Of a stretch of DNA of 64,000 bases, positions 23,848-36,490 are shown piece by piece. The DNA is taken from assembly GCF_963921235.1 (NCBI RefSeq), contig NC_086109.1, forward strand, positions 17,858,001 to 17,922,000. The letters run 5' to 3'. This DNA comes from Mobula hypostoma. Lineage: Eukaryota. The stretch's first letter is position 1, and each line of letters starts with the position of its first letter. The position numbers and the translations under genes are program-made. The notes beneath the pieces were generated by a model that saw only the letters and a list, made by a program, of their open reading frames with translations, was not told the origin of the DNA and did not search any database.

Positions 23848-24324
23848 CAAGTGACAATAAACTGGACTTGATCTGAAATTGTATACAATTCACCCATTGT
23901 CACATTCTTCTGTAAAATAACTCAATATTTGCAGCTACATATAAAAGCCCTCTCAGGATGTGGAGGAAACTACCTGTGCTTGGTTTCCTTTAATGTGGCG
24001 ACATTGTTGTGTACTGGCAGCTATATAATCTGTGGCAGATTAATCTTCTAGCAAGGGTATACCAAAACAATCAGCGATTCATCCTATGGTTTAGCAGTGC
24101 TCTGCCATTGTGAAGTGAGGCCATTTAACTCACCAGTTAGTTGTTGAGGTCTTAGAGTTGATGGTTATTGATAGATTACCTCCCCTTTATCTTCAATTGT
24201 ATGGGTATCCCTGCCAGGAGTGCTGACATTCACACAACATCATGCTCCGATTCACTTACAAGCATAACTCTCTGAACTATGGTAACATGTGATCCGCAGA
24301 GAAAAATATTTTTATCAGATTCAG

Positions 24325-25068
24325 AAGACCATAAGATAATAGGAGCAGAATTAGACCATTTGTCCCATCGAATCTGCTCCGCCATTTCTTCATTGCTGAA
24401 CCAATTTTCCTCTCAGCCCCAATGGCCTGCCTTCTCCCTGTAGTCATTCATGCCCTGACCAATCAAGAATCTCTCAGCTTCTGCCTTAAATACACATAAA
24501 GACTCCACAGCTGCCTATGACGAAGAATTCCACAGATTCACCACTCTCTGGCTAAAGAAGTTCCTCCTCATCTCTGTTCTAAAAGGACGCCCCTCTATTT
24601 TGAGGCCATGTCCTCTGGTCTTAGACTCTCCCACCGTAGGAAACGTCCTGTCCACATCTACTCTTTCAAAACCAATCGACAGGTTTCAATGAGGTCACCC
24701 CTCTTTCTTCTGAACTCCAGTGAATACAGGTCCAGAACCATCAAATACTCTCCAAATGACAAGGCATTCAATCCTGGAATCATTTTCATGAACCTCATTT
24801 GAACCCTTTCCAGTGTCAGCACATCCTTTTTAAGATGAGGGGTCCGAAACTGCTCACAATACTTCAAGTGAGGCTTCACCAGTCTCAACATTACATCCTT
24901 CCTTTTGTATTCTATTCCTCTTGAAATGATTGTTAACATTACATTTGCCTTCCTCACCACAAACTCAACATGCAAATTAACCTTTAGGGACCCCTGCACT
25001 AGAACTCCCAAGTCTCTGTGCACGCCTTTTTTTTTGTATTTCCTCTCCATTTAGAAAATAGTCAAGGC
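24325..25068 (-). mobile_element. CR1 3' fragment
   Basis: ORF 24658-25050: RDLGVLVQGSLKVNLHV..PHLKYCEQF..LERVQMRF; AGACCATAAGA 3' repeat. Confidence 0.92.
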
Positions 25069-25077
25069 TTTCATACA

Positions 25078-25680
25078 GGTTCGGGTTCAATTATTTATCG
25101 CATGTACATCAATACAAACAGTCAAATGCATCATTTGCATTAACAGCCAACACAACCTAAAGATGTGCTGGGCGTAGACCACAAGTGTTGCCACACATTC
25201 CAGCGCCAGCATAGTATGCTGACAATGTTCAGCAGAACACGACAACCATCAATGACAACAACACAATGACAGCAACAAAACAAAACAACAGCAGCAAAAT
25301 CTGCAACTTTCCTCCCTCCCACCCACCAACTCATCCATGCACAAAGGCCGGCTTCCAGTCCCAGGACGGGCCACCTCTGGGCCTCCAGCGTCCGGTGGGC
25401 TTGCAGACACTGGGACCCCAACTTCTGGGTATGCTGAGCAATGGGCCTCGACTTCCAGGCACTGACTTCGGTCTTCAACCTATTGGTTTTGATCTTTGGT
25501 ATCGAACCCAGGGCTTACTAATCACTGTACTTTGAACTCCAGCCCTCAAACCCCAGGCTCGCACAGACCTTCGATCCTAGGACGTGCCAACCTGATGGTG
25601 TGGTGGCGGGGGGGAGTGGTGGTCACTGGCCCTTGAGCCCCCTGACTGGACGGACCTCTGACCCCAGGGCTCGCTGTTAG
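25078..25680 (-). mobile_element. Non-autonomous retroelement (family also at 61800-62172)
   Basis: Reverse complement aligns with 61930-62172 (GGAATGTGTGGCAACACTTG...). Confidence 0.7.
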
Positions 25681-26354
25681 TATTTGTTGTAATGGTCCTG
25701 AAGCAAGCTGATAAAGTTAGGTTATGTTGGAAAGACTTTCAGTAGCTTGGTTTAGGAGACTGCAGAAGCATTTCTCACTGAGCACCCCATGGCTTTCACC
25801 CCTACGTGAGGCTGAAATACTATCACATAGGAATAAAAAGCCATAGGGCACAGCAGCAACCCAACACACAGGCAAAAAAGTTGGTCTTGGTAAGTACTAT
25901 AAGAAGTTTCCTATTTGATCCAAAAGATTTTCCATATTTTCATTCTCTGTCAGGAATTAAACTTTTGATCCCAATGTGAAAACAGCTGTGTGGCTCCAGT
26001 CAGACTATCTCCAGATGCACAGTTGCTTAGTGAAATAAGTTAGAACAAAAGGATTTTGTTGCCCTGGGATTGATACACATGTATTTTTACAACTCTTACA
26101 ATGGTATGGTGCGATACTACCATGACTTCTGTACAGATTCAAGCTAGTTTATTCAAACAGTCCACTCGCTCATTAAACACAGTCCACTCCAAGGTTGGTT
26201 TGATTCTCCAAGTGGTGTTACCATGAGAATACATCTCCTGAATCATGACATGCATGGGAAATAATTCTTAAAGTTATTATGTGGCTGTTATCTTTCGATA
26301 AGTTATTGAAATCAACATCCTTCATGTTTGAATTAGATGTAACTGCTATCCTTT

Positions 26355-26659
26355 CATGGGCACGTGGCCAAGTGGTTAAGGCATTGGGCTAGCGACCTGA
26401 AGGTCATGAGTTCGAGCCCCAGCCGAGGGAACATGTTGTGTCCTTGAGCAAGGCACTTGATCACACATTGCTCTGCGACGACACTGGTGCCAAGCTGTAT
26501 GGGTCCTAATGCCCTTCCCTCGAACAACATTGGTGTCATGGAGAGGGGAGACTTGCAGCATGGGCAACTGCTGGTCTTCCATACAACCTTGCCCAGGCCT
26601 GCGCCCTGGAGAGTGAAGACTTTACAAGCGCGGATCCATGGTCTCGCAAGACTAACGGG
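26355..26659 (+). mobile_element. tRNA-derived SINE with CORE-like block, tail type A (RTE-like)
   Basis: A box TGGCCAAGTGG, B box AGTTCGAGCCC, CORE-like block; TSD TGCTATCCTTT at 26344-26354 and 26660-26670. Confidence 0.92.
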
Positions 26660-27039
26660 TGCTATCCTTTGGTAGATAACTATAATGAACATTCTTCATG
26701 TTTTAAATGAGCTCTCTGACTCTAAGGGGCTATCTTTGGTGATCCTAATTCTATTTAGTCATCTCTCACTTGTGTAGTGCAGCAGATATCAAAACGATAC
26801 CAAATGCCAAGGAAGGCATTTTCTGGCATACCTCCTCCGTGGGTGTTTCGTCCTGTTTCTGTCTTCCTCTCCTCACGTAGTTTGCGATCAATAAATACTT
26901 CTGATCGCAGGTTGAACGTTCCAGTCTATAAAGCTCATTTCCACACTCACCCACTCCATTAGACATCTAAGTGATCAAAGACTTTGTTTACAAGTTCTGA
27001 ATGTTGTCTGGTAGATTAAGACTGATGTTGCTTCAGTAA

Positions 27040-27300
27040 AGTTCAAAATTCAAAGTAAATTTATTATCAAAATACATGTATGTCACCATATGCCGCCCTG
27101 AAATTCATTTTCTTGAGGGTGTGCTCGATAAGTCCAAAGAGCACAGTAGAATCAATGAAAGACAACATGAACATGGCGAGCAACCAGTGTGCAAAAGACA
27201 ACAAACTGTGCAAATAGAAAAAGAAGGAAGAAAAAGCAAGAACTAATCAAGAACATGGGATGAAGAGTCCTTGAAAGTGAGTCTGTAGGTTGTGGGAACT
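27040..27300 (-). mobile_element. LINE-type 3' tail fragment (Rex1-associated family)
   Basis: TTCAAAGTAAATTTATTATCAAA...; homologous to 36030-36300. Confidence 0.6.
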
Positions 27301-27479
27301 ATTAAGTCTTCAGTACTCGGCCAGGTTACCCCTCTGGGCCGGATGCTTTCCGTGGGTTCAGCCTCCTGAAGGGTGCTCTCACTGCAGCCTCAGAGCCTGA
27401 AATCACAGGATACTTGGCTGTGGGAGTTTGAGATGTTTCCTCCATGTTTTGATAGTCAAAGCGAGCATAGAAGACATTG

Positions 27480-28039
27480 AAACAATGCACACAAAATGCA
27501 GGAGGAACTCAGCAGGCCAAGCAACATCTATGGAAAAGAGTACAGACAACGTTTTGGGCCAAGGCTCTTCATCGGGATTGGAGTCAGGAGTAAGAAAGTG
27601 GGGGCGGGGGGAGAGGAAGAAACACAAGGTGATAGGTGAAGCTGGGGGTGGGGGAAGGCGTGAAGCTGATTGATGAAAGAGATACAGGGCTGGAGAAGGA
27701 GGAATCTGATAGGAGAGGATGGAAGGCCGTAGAAGAAAGAAAACGGGGAGGAGCACCAGCGGGAGGTGATGAGCAGGTAGGGAGATGAGGAGAAAGAGGG
27801 AAATGGGAATATAGAATGGTGAAGGAGTGGGGAGGAGCATTGAAGTTCGAGAAATTGATGTTCATGCCATCAGGTTGGAGGCTACCCAGATGGAATATAA
27901 GGTGTTGCTCCTCCAACTTGAGTGTGGCATTCACCTTCACCATTCCCCATTCCCATTTCCCATTGGCCTGCTGAGTTCCTCCACCATTTTGTGAGTGTTG
28001 CTTGGATTTTCAGCATCTCCAGATCTTCTCTTGTTTGTG
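27480..28039 (-). mobile_element. 5'-truncated Penelope-like element (GIY-YIG C-terminus + pLTR) with inverted pLTR piece
   Basis: Minus strand ATLKLEEQHLIFHLGSLQPDGMNINFSNF; inverted terminal arm at ~27963-28039; flanks ATAGAAGACATTG / ATAGAATGCATTG. Confidence 0.88.
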
Positions 28040-29879
28040 ATAGAATGCATTGGGCTCACCTGGAAGTGAAGCCCTGTTGTCACCTATGTTGCTTGATTTC
28101 AGAAATAAAAAAAAAAGGAAATAAATAAATAAATAAGCTTGCCATAAACAACACTTTTCACAATGTTTCAAACTGGTTTACAATCAATAAACTAATTTTG
28201 AGTGCAGTCACTTTGTATTGTCCAAAACACAGCAGCCAAATTGCACCCAGAAAGGTCACTATTAAACATTTTTTGTTGTGGAAATTGAGGACAAAGTACT
28301 GGGCAAAGGCATTACACTTTCAAGATGATGTCATGGAACTTTTGTGTCTACACAAGATTTTATCTCTTTTGTAAAATATAGTCTCCAACAGCATTATGTT
28401 TCATTGCCACTGCACTGGAATGTTAACCAAAACTTTTAACTCAAATTTCCAGTGTGAACTTCATAACTTTGAAGCTCACGGATGTCAGCTGAAAATCAGC
28501 TGCTGATATTGGCAGCAGGCGTTAATTCCTAGGTTTCCTTGCTTTATATGACAACAGATATTAATTCTACAATTATTTTGTATTCCAGCATATATTGGCA
28601 TAATTTAATAGGATAATGATTTTTCATGTATGTCTACCAGGCTGCAATCTTATCAAAATCAATGCCAATATTGATTTTGTTTGTTTCCTTTCAGATGAGA
28701 TAGCTTATTAAAGATTCAGTTACTGAGGATTTGCCTGATCTTCTAAAAGCAAACAGTTTTTTTTTCATTCTATCTTCAAAAATTAGAGACAAGTCAATCT
28801 GGACATATGTGGAAAACACATTAACAAAGGACAGAGAGCAGTCCGACTGAGTATATCTTATCCTAATATAGTAGAACATTACCCTCCCCATTCCTGTTAT
28901 GTCCTCTCACTCACCTGTGAGAAGCAGAAATCCATTCAGCAGAAAAGAGAAATGAATCCCAGGGCTGACATGTTATCCATCCTTTGTTGCCCAAAGTCCA
29001 AAGCGATTGGATTTTGCTGCAGAGTTATGTTTCCTTTCCATCTTTTTCTTGTTGATCCTAGGTGCACAGATTCTGGCTAAGAGTATAGCAAGGCTACCTT
29101 GACATAGGTACCTTCAAGCAAGCCTAGTAAGTAAGCCAGTCAATGGCACATCTCCACATAGTCTGCCCACCTCATCTCTATGGAATCTCAGGGGATTCTT
29201 ATGTAGAAACGAGGTTAGTTCTCACATTTTTGCAGGCGTACATATAGGAGGTGCTTACTTACACTCTTAAAAATTATAACCTGGTTAAAGATAATGCGAC
29301 GATGTATATGTATATCCCTCCAAAAATAGTACGATTCAAATCCATGAATATATCCCCAATCATACATCAGCTGACTCCATTAAAGGAGGAAGGAAGAAAT
29401 TTAGGCCAATTTGCTGTTTGATTATTAAGGTAACATCTCATATAACACAGCAAATTAAGAAGTAGCCATCTCGTAATGATATGGCTGGAAATGTACCTGC
29501 ACAGTATGTGGTATTGATGAAAGTATGTGGGCATGCATAGGAGTGTCAACATTTGTCTTCAAATTACGCTCTGCCAAGCTAGGCTCCATGTTGCCTCTGA
29601 TTAAGAAAGGTATGAGTTCTAAAGGTTTGCATGCAAGAATTTTGGAGTACTCCCCAACTCATATCTCTCAGTCAATGTGTAGAACAGATAATTTCATGAG
29701 CATTGCTATGAGTAGATTGCAGCATTGACTATGTTGCAAAGTCCTTAATTGGTTTGATTGGATTATGGTCTGATGCCATAGAAGCAGCTTTTTATGCTTG
29801 GCCAGGATACATCCTCAGTAGCTGAATAACCTGCACGCTGATTAAAGAATAGTGTTCAACACCCCTGTCACCTCACACA

Positions 29880-30308
29880 CTGTCACTACTTCTAGCACAA
29901 AATGTTGTCACTACAAGACACATTTACCCTCCTCTCTCCTTTCCGCATTCTGAAGGTACATGTCCCTCCAGCATACTCTGATTCACTTCATACCTTCATC
30001 AGTACTACCTGCTTCCCCTAGGCACCTTCCTATACAACTGCAATTGATGTAGTAGCTATCCTATTAACTCACCATTCTAACCATGCTGGTCCCAAATGCC
30101 CTTCCCTGGTGAAGCAGTGATTTACCTGTACCTCCATTTGTCTACTATGCTGTATTCATTGCTCAGTGTTGAAGTGACCAAACAGACTGCTTTATGGAAC
30201 GCTTGCATCCAGCCAACAAGCTGAATTTCTGGCGGCCTGTTGCTTTAATTCTCCTTGGCACTCCCACTCTGACATCTCCTTCCTGTACTGTTCCAACAAA
30301 GCTCTACA
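29880..30308 (+). mobile_element. Old Penelope-like element fragment (continues at ~31840-32220 after the CR1 insertion)
   Basis: Decayed GTF.YNC..C, FTCTS..CCIHCS and FNSPWHSHSDIS motifs homologous to the PLE endonuclease region. Confidence 0.6.
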
Positions 30309-31706
30309 TAGGGTCATAGAAAAGTACAGTCCCTCTGGCCCATCTAGTCCATGATGAAACCATTTAAACTGCCTACTCCCATCGACCACCTGGGCCATAG
30401 CCCTCCATACCCTTACCATCCATGTACCTATCCAAGCTTCGCTTAAATGTTGAAATCAAGCTCACATGCACTACGTATGCTGGTAGCTTGTTCCACGCTT
30501 CACAGCCCTCTGAGTGAAGAGATTTCTCCTCATGTTTCCCTTATATTTTTCACCATTCACCTTTAACCCATTACCTCTGGTTGTATCCCACACAACCTCA
30601 GTGAAAAAAGCCTGTTTTGTATACCTCTATCAAATCTCCTCTCAATCTTCTATGTTCTAATGAATAAAGTCCTAACCTGTTCAATCTTTCCTTATAGCTC
30701 AGGTCATTCAGAGCCGGCAACATCCTTCTAAGTTTTCTCAGTACTCTTTCAACCTTATTTAGATCTTGTAGGTAGGTGACCAAGACTGCACAGAATACTT
30801 CAAATTAGGCCTTACCAATGTCTTATACAACTTCAACATAATATTCCATCTCCTATTCTCCATACATCGATTTATGAAGGTCAATATGTCAAAAACATTC
30901 TTTATGACCCTTTCTAACTGTGACTTGCAGCGAATTATGGACATGTGTTCCCAGATCCCTTTGTTCTACCACACTCATCAATGCCCAACCATTCACTGTG
31001 TAAGATCTACCCTGGCTGGTCCTAGCAAAATGTAACCCCTTGCACTTGTCTGCATTAAATTCCATCTGCCATTTTTCAGCCCATTTATCCAGGTGATCTA
31101 GATCCCTCTGCAAGCCATAATAGCCTTCCTTGTTGTCCACTACATCCCCAATCTTGATGCCATCCACAAATTTGCTGATCCAGTTAACCAGATTATTATG
31201 CGGATCGTTGATATAGATGACAACCAACAACAGACCCAGCACCAATCCCTGCGGCACTCCACTAGTCACAGACCTCCAGTCATCTGTTACTTTTCTCTGG
31301 ATTCTCCCACAAAGCCAATGTCTCATCCAATTTACTACCTCATCTTGAATGTCGAGCAACTGAACCTTCTTGACCAGCCTCCCATGTAGGACCTTGTCAA
31401 ATGCCTTGCTAAAGTCTCTGTAAACAACATCCATCACCTTGCGTTCATCTACTTTCTGGTAACCTCCTTTAAAAACATTTTGGGTAGACATGACCTACCA
31501 TGCACAAAGCCATGCTGACTATTCTTAATCAGTCCATGTCTATCCAATTACTGATAGATCCAGTCCTTTAGAGTACCTTCCAATAACTTTCCTACAACTG
31601 ATGTCAGACTATTCGGCCTATAATTTCCTGGTTTATGTTTGAAACCTTTCTTAAACAGCGGAAAAACATTGGCTATCCTCTAAGCCTCAGGTACCTCTCC
31701 TTTGCG
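30309..31706 (-). mobile_element. CR1 3' fragment (RT region)
   Basis: ORF 30889-31491: DFSKAFDKVLHGRL..TSGVPQGLVLG..SKFVDG; ORFs 30598-30944. Confidence 0.95.
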
Positions 31707-31729
31707 ACAGGTGTCAACATAGACTTTTC

Positions 31730-31825
31730 CAGGCAGTCTTTCTTTCTTTCTTTTTTTTTAGGTAGGGGTATGTTACAGGGGGAAGGGTTAAGGGGAGGGA
31801 GTAATTTGAAAATTGAATAAAAAAT
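31730..31825 (+). mobile_element. 96-bp L1-type 3'-end retroposed insertion
   Basis: 14-bp TSD AACATAGACTTTTC at 31716-31729 and 31826-31839; G-rich tract, AATAAA and A-tail. Confidence 0.7.
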
Positions 31826-32565
31826 AACATAGACTTTTCTACATATTCTTCAACAATTTCAGATTATCAGTAATTTCACCATTTTTTGTGGAGATTTTTA
31901 ACATAGTACTCTGAATGTTAAAAAGAGTAATCATTTGATGTCTTCTCCTTCAGACCACCCTTTGCTTTTTTATTTGTCACAATTCCGTCCCCTTTCGCCT
32001 TACACTATCATTTATCCTTATCACAGACCTTCCCTTTAATCCCTTCTTCCCCCCACTCACCTTTCTCTGCATGTTGAAACCTGTCTTTCTCTATCTTTCC
32101 ACAATTCTGAAAAAATAATGGCTAAATTGTTATTTTTCTTCGCTCTCCATAAATGCTGCAAGTGCTGCTGAATGCTTGCAGCATTTTCTCTCTTTGTTAC
32201 AGATTTCTACCATTCTGTAATGTGCTTTTGCATTCCACTGACAGTTAAAGTTAACTCTCTTTTTATCAGATTCACTATTGTGGCAGAAGGGAATGTGATG
32301 ACACCTTCCATGGGCAGATGGAAGACAGTGTCAGACACTTCTATGGGCAAGATCCAGCCAGAGATCTCTCCTATCTGTCACTGAATTCATGGATTCAGTT
32401 AGCAGCCAGTTACGTGCGGCATCTAGCAATCTAGTGGTACAACCTGTTACTGTAAAAGAACATTGAACACTTTTAATCTGATATTTTTTCTATCACTGCC
32501 TATCAGCCATGGCTCAGAAGATCACACCATCATTTCTGAAACAGACTTCAGAGTGACGCTAGAGA

Positions 32566-33318
32566 ACTGGATCCGAATCAGGCTCATTGTCACTGAAAAT
32601 AAGTTCTGAAATTTGTTCTTTTGTGGCAGCAGGACAGTGCAGGCAAATCCAATTGCTGTAAGACACAATAAAAATAAATAAATAGCGCAAAAGAGGAATA
32701 GCGAGGTCATGGATCATTCAGAAATCAAGAAGCTGTTACTAAAACGTTGAGTTTGGGTCTTCTGGTTCCTGTACCTCCTCCCTGATAGTAGTAATGTGCA
32801 GCGTGCATGCCCAGATGGTGAGAACCTTTAACGATGGACGTTGCTTTCTTGTGGCACGACTCTTAAAGATGTCCTCAATGGTGGGGAAGGTTGTGCCCAT
32901 GATGGGTCTGGCTGAACCTACAACCCTCTGTAGCCTTTTCTGATCTTGTGCATCAGCATCTCCATTCCAGACAGTGATGTTAGCAGTCAGAATGCTTTCC
33001 ACGGTGCATCTGTAGAAATTAGCTGGAGTCGTTGGTGACATACCAAATCTCTTCAAACTCCTAATGAAGTATAGCTGCTGGTGTGCCTTCATCGTAATTG
33101 CATCAATATGTTTGGCCTCTTGAGATGTTGACGCCCAGGAAATTGAAACACTTTCCACTGCTGACCCCCCAGGAAATTGAAACACTTTCCACTGCTGACC
33201 CCCCAATGTGTTCTCCTGACCTGGCTCCCAGAAGTTAACAATCAATTCCTTAGTCTTTCTGACATTGAGAACCAGGTTGTTGTTGAAACACCACTCAACC
33301 AGCCGATCTATTTCACTT
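32566..33318 (-). mobile_element. Rex1/Babar-type LINE 3' fragment
   Basis: ORF 32739-33245: KAHQQLYFIRSLKRFGMSP..FYRCTVESILT. Confidence 0.9.
33134..33201. repeat. Perfect 34-bp tandem duplication inside the Rex1 fragment
   Basis: CCCAGGAAATTGAAACACTTTCCACTGCTGACCC x2. Confidence 0.9.
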
Positions 33319-33799
33319 CTATTGACATTGACACCACAGTGTGATATTTGGGAGGTGTTACACTGTTAAGACCTCATCATTTAGATTAGGGAACAAACCT
33401 AGGGCTCATTTGCCCTCTAATTTGGGTATAAATGGTTCCATGGGAATATTCAAAAGAGATCTGACATTTTGGCCAACATCTATTTATCAATCAACATTAC
33501 TAAAGCAAATTATCTGTTTAATTCCACAGTGTTGACTCTGAGATCTTGGTGTGCATAAATTGGTTGCTGTATTTTTGACATGACTCCACTACAAAATTAG
33601 CAGAAGCTCTTTGTGTGATTTTCAAGCCATGAAGACAGAAGACTTACTGGGAGAGAGAGGACTAAGTAGATTCCTGTTCTAAGTGTGGAAAATATCACTG
33701 ATAGTAACTTATCCCATCTATAATAATAATAATCATTGATAGAGTCATTAAAGGAAAGAGCATAGAAACAAGCCTACGGCTCAACCATTGTTAAAAAAT

Positions 33800-34105
33800 T
33801 AAAGATTAACTTTATTTGTTGCATTTACAGCGAAACATCAAACATACAGTGAAATGTGTCACTGGCATTAAAGATCAACACAAAGATGTGCTGGGGGCAA
33901 TCCACAAGTGTCACCGTGTTCCAGCTCCAACATAACATGCTCACAGTTTACTAATCCCAACCTGTACATCTTTGGAGTGTGGGAGGAAGCTGGGGTACCT
34001 GGAAGAAACCCATGTGGTCATGGTCACCTTACAGACAGCGGTGGGATTGCTGGTGGTTGCTGGCACTGTGAAGCATTGCACTAGCCTCTATGCTACCGTG
34101 CTGCA
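33800..34105 (-). mobile_element. V-SINE with Rex1-family-type tail
   Basis: Reverse V-domain TGTGGGAGGAAGCTGGGGTACCTGGAAGAAACCCATGTGGTC; tail related to 25078-25220. Confidence 0.7.
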
Positions 34106-34300
34106 TCAATAACACTTATCCTACATTAATCCCACTTTTTTAGTTGCCCCCAGATCCTCATCAACTGCCCCTAGGCTCTCCCAATCACCCAAGCACCCAT
34201 GGGCAATTTACAGTGGCCAGTTAATCTACCAACCTGCATGCCTTCGGGATAGGGGAGGAAACGAGAGTCCCCAGGGGAAACCCAGCCAGTCACAAGGAGC

Positions 34301-34395
34301 CACACACACACACATGGTGGAACCCAGCAGCTCAGGCAGCATTTATGGAGAAGAATAAACAGTCGAAGTTCAGGCTGAGCCCCTTCATCAGAACT
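34301..34395 (-). mobile_element. Penelope pLTR fragment (decayed hammerhead) nested in a V-SINE (~34190-34470)
   Basis: Minus strand AGTTCTGATGAAGGGGCTCAGCCTGAACTTCGACT. Confidence 0.7.
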
Positions 34396-34599
34396 ATATA
34401 GACGCGGTCCCTGAGGTCAGGATTGAACTGAGGTCTCTGCTGCTGTGAGGCAGTATTTCTACAGCTGACTTGAGAAGTCTGGACATTTGGCAATTAAAAA
34501 TATGCTGACTTTTAACAAAATGATATCTAATTTTATTAAAGAAAGTATAAAAATGATGAACAAGCAGCTCACTGGTCCTAATTTGGATTAGCCCCCAAA

Positions 34600-34915
34600 A
34601 TCTATGCCAGCACTGGCCCACACTGTTGTGGCAAACTAATTAAACTAGTAATTAAGCACCAATGTAAACTAATCCCTTTTGCCTACACAATGTCCATATC
34701 CCTCCATTCTCTGCAGATTCATTCGTCTTTTTAAGAGCCTCTCAAGTGCCTCTATCACGTTTGCTTCCACTACCACCCCTGGCAGAGCATTCCAGATACT
34801 CGCCACTCTCTGCGTAAAAAAACGGTCAGCCCCGCACATCTCCTTTGAACCTACCCTCTTTCACTTTAAATGCATGCCCTCTGGTATTAGACATTTCGAC
34901 CCTGGGATAAAACAC
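34600..34915 (-). mobile_element. CR1 3' end fragment
   Basis: Reverse of CR1 ORF2 end (RFFTQRVASIWNALPGVVVEA) and 3' UTR. Confidence 0.8.
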
Positions 34916-36029
34916 TGACGTTGGCATAAAGCCGCTTTGTCAAAGCATGCACACCTCTACAGGTCTTGCAATTTTATTTTTTAACTCACCCCAGTGTCAA
35001 GTTTCAGGCCCTGTGACGCTCAACAACAAAAGGGCCTTTTGATTGCAGAGTGTTTCTGGTCCGTGGAGCAGAAAGCCCTTGTGTATACTTCACTGGCTCT
35101 GCACTAACTGTCGGAGAGGGTATTGCTGGAACACCCTGCTGAGCCATTGATGCCACAGTTCTGCAATAATGGCAGTCCCCCCAGATTAAACATAAACACT
35201 GCAATGTAGGAGAGCTGCGTTATTAGCTGGCTCACAGATCTATACTACCATTGTTCACAGTGACTGCACTCATTTTCTTCCCCTCCTCTAATTAACCAAA
35301 TCACTATTTATCTTCTCTGCGTCTCTGGTCAGGCAGAAACATTACCGATTCCACACAAATTTAATCTTAACGTGATCCTGTTGCAGTATGTCTTGATGAA
35401 GCTAATAAGCTTTACCAGACAGGCTCGCCACTCATTCATTTGTTTTGTTCCCACACCCAGAGTAGCTCAAGCATTAGTTTGAGGTGAATGATCAGTGCAC
35501 ATATTGACTCACAGCTTAAGGTACAGCGCATTCCACTGAAGGTGGGGGCTGGGTGTGGAGAGTGGAGGGAGGGCCAAGGTCATTTATCAAAGTAAAGATT
35601 AACATTCCAGGCACACAGGCCAGAAGATATGTAGACTGTGAAACCAGTACCCTGTTCTCCACAATCCTTAAAGATCACCGCCTCGCCAAACCAAGTGATA
35701 CACCCTCCTGTTCTGGTCAATGGGTATCAAATATGTTGCTTCACTAAGCAAATCTACTTATAATGATTGTTTCATGCACACGGAATTGCAGAGGGAGGTC
35801 TTCTGGCTCATCAAGTCTGTGCTGGTCTTTGGCTGATTAGTCCACCCAGTCCCACAGACCATTCCCTTCCTAAATTAACCTAACATGTTTTTGCCTTTTC
35901 CATTTCAAATTGAATTAGATTCCACTGTTCTTTGAGAGTGCAATCTCACGCAAACGGGTATTCTTCTTTCACTCTGGTTCTTGTGCTATTCATCATATAT
36001 TCGTGCTCCCTGATTATTGATCCTCCTTC

Positions 36030-36490
36030 TCAAAGTTCAAAGTTAATTTTATTATAAAGTATGTACGTGTCACCAGATACTCCCTTGAGATTCATTTTCT
36101 TGCAGGCATTCACAGTAGAACAAAGAAAGACAAGAGGATCAATGAAAAACTACCCACAAAGACTGACAAACTGTGCAAATTCAAAATGAAGTAACAAACA
36201 AATAAATAATTAAAACTGAGAACACGGGTCGTAGAGTCCTTGAACGTGGGTGCAGGGGTTATGTTTGAAGATCAGTCCAGTGTTGTGAGTGAAGATATCC
36301 ACACTGGCTTAGGAGACTGATGGTTGAATGGTAAAAGCTGCTCCAGAACCTGCTAGCATTGGACCTAAGGCACCTGTACCTCCTTCCAGCTGGTAGCATG
36401 GCCTTGATGGTGGGGGGTGATGGACGCTGCTTTCTTGTGGCAATGATGTTTGTAGATGTGCTCGGTGGGGGGGGGAGGGTTTTCAGCTAC
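36030..36490 (-). mobile_element. Rex1-related 3' fragment
   Basis: Minus strand PTEHIYKHHCHKKAASI, plus AAAGTTCAAAG tail. Confidence 0.7.

Noticed and set aside
26285..26745. Diverged ~60-bp tandem repeat around the SINE insertion site
   Set aside because: Only two to three degenerate units; ordinary local duplication.
32260..32440. Acceptor followed by a short open frame with an internal near-repeat
   Set aside because: No donor or homology recognised.
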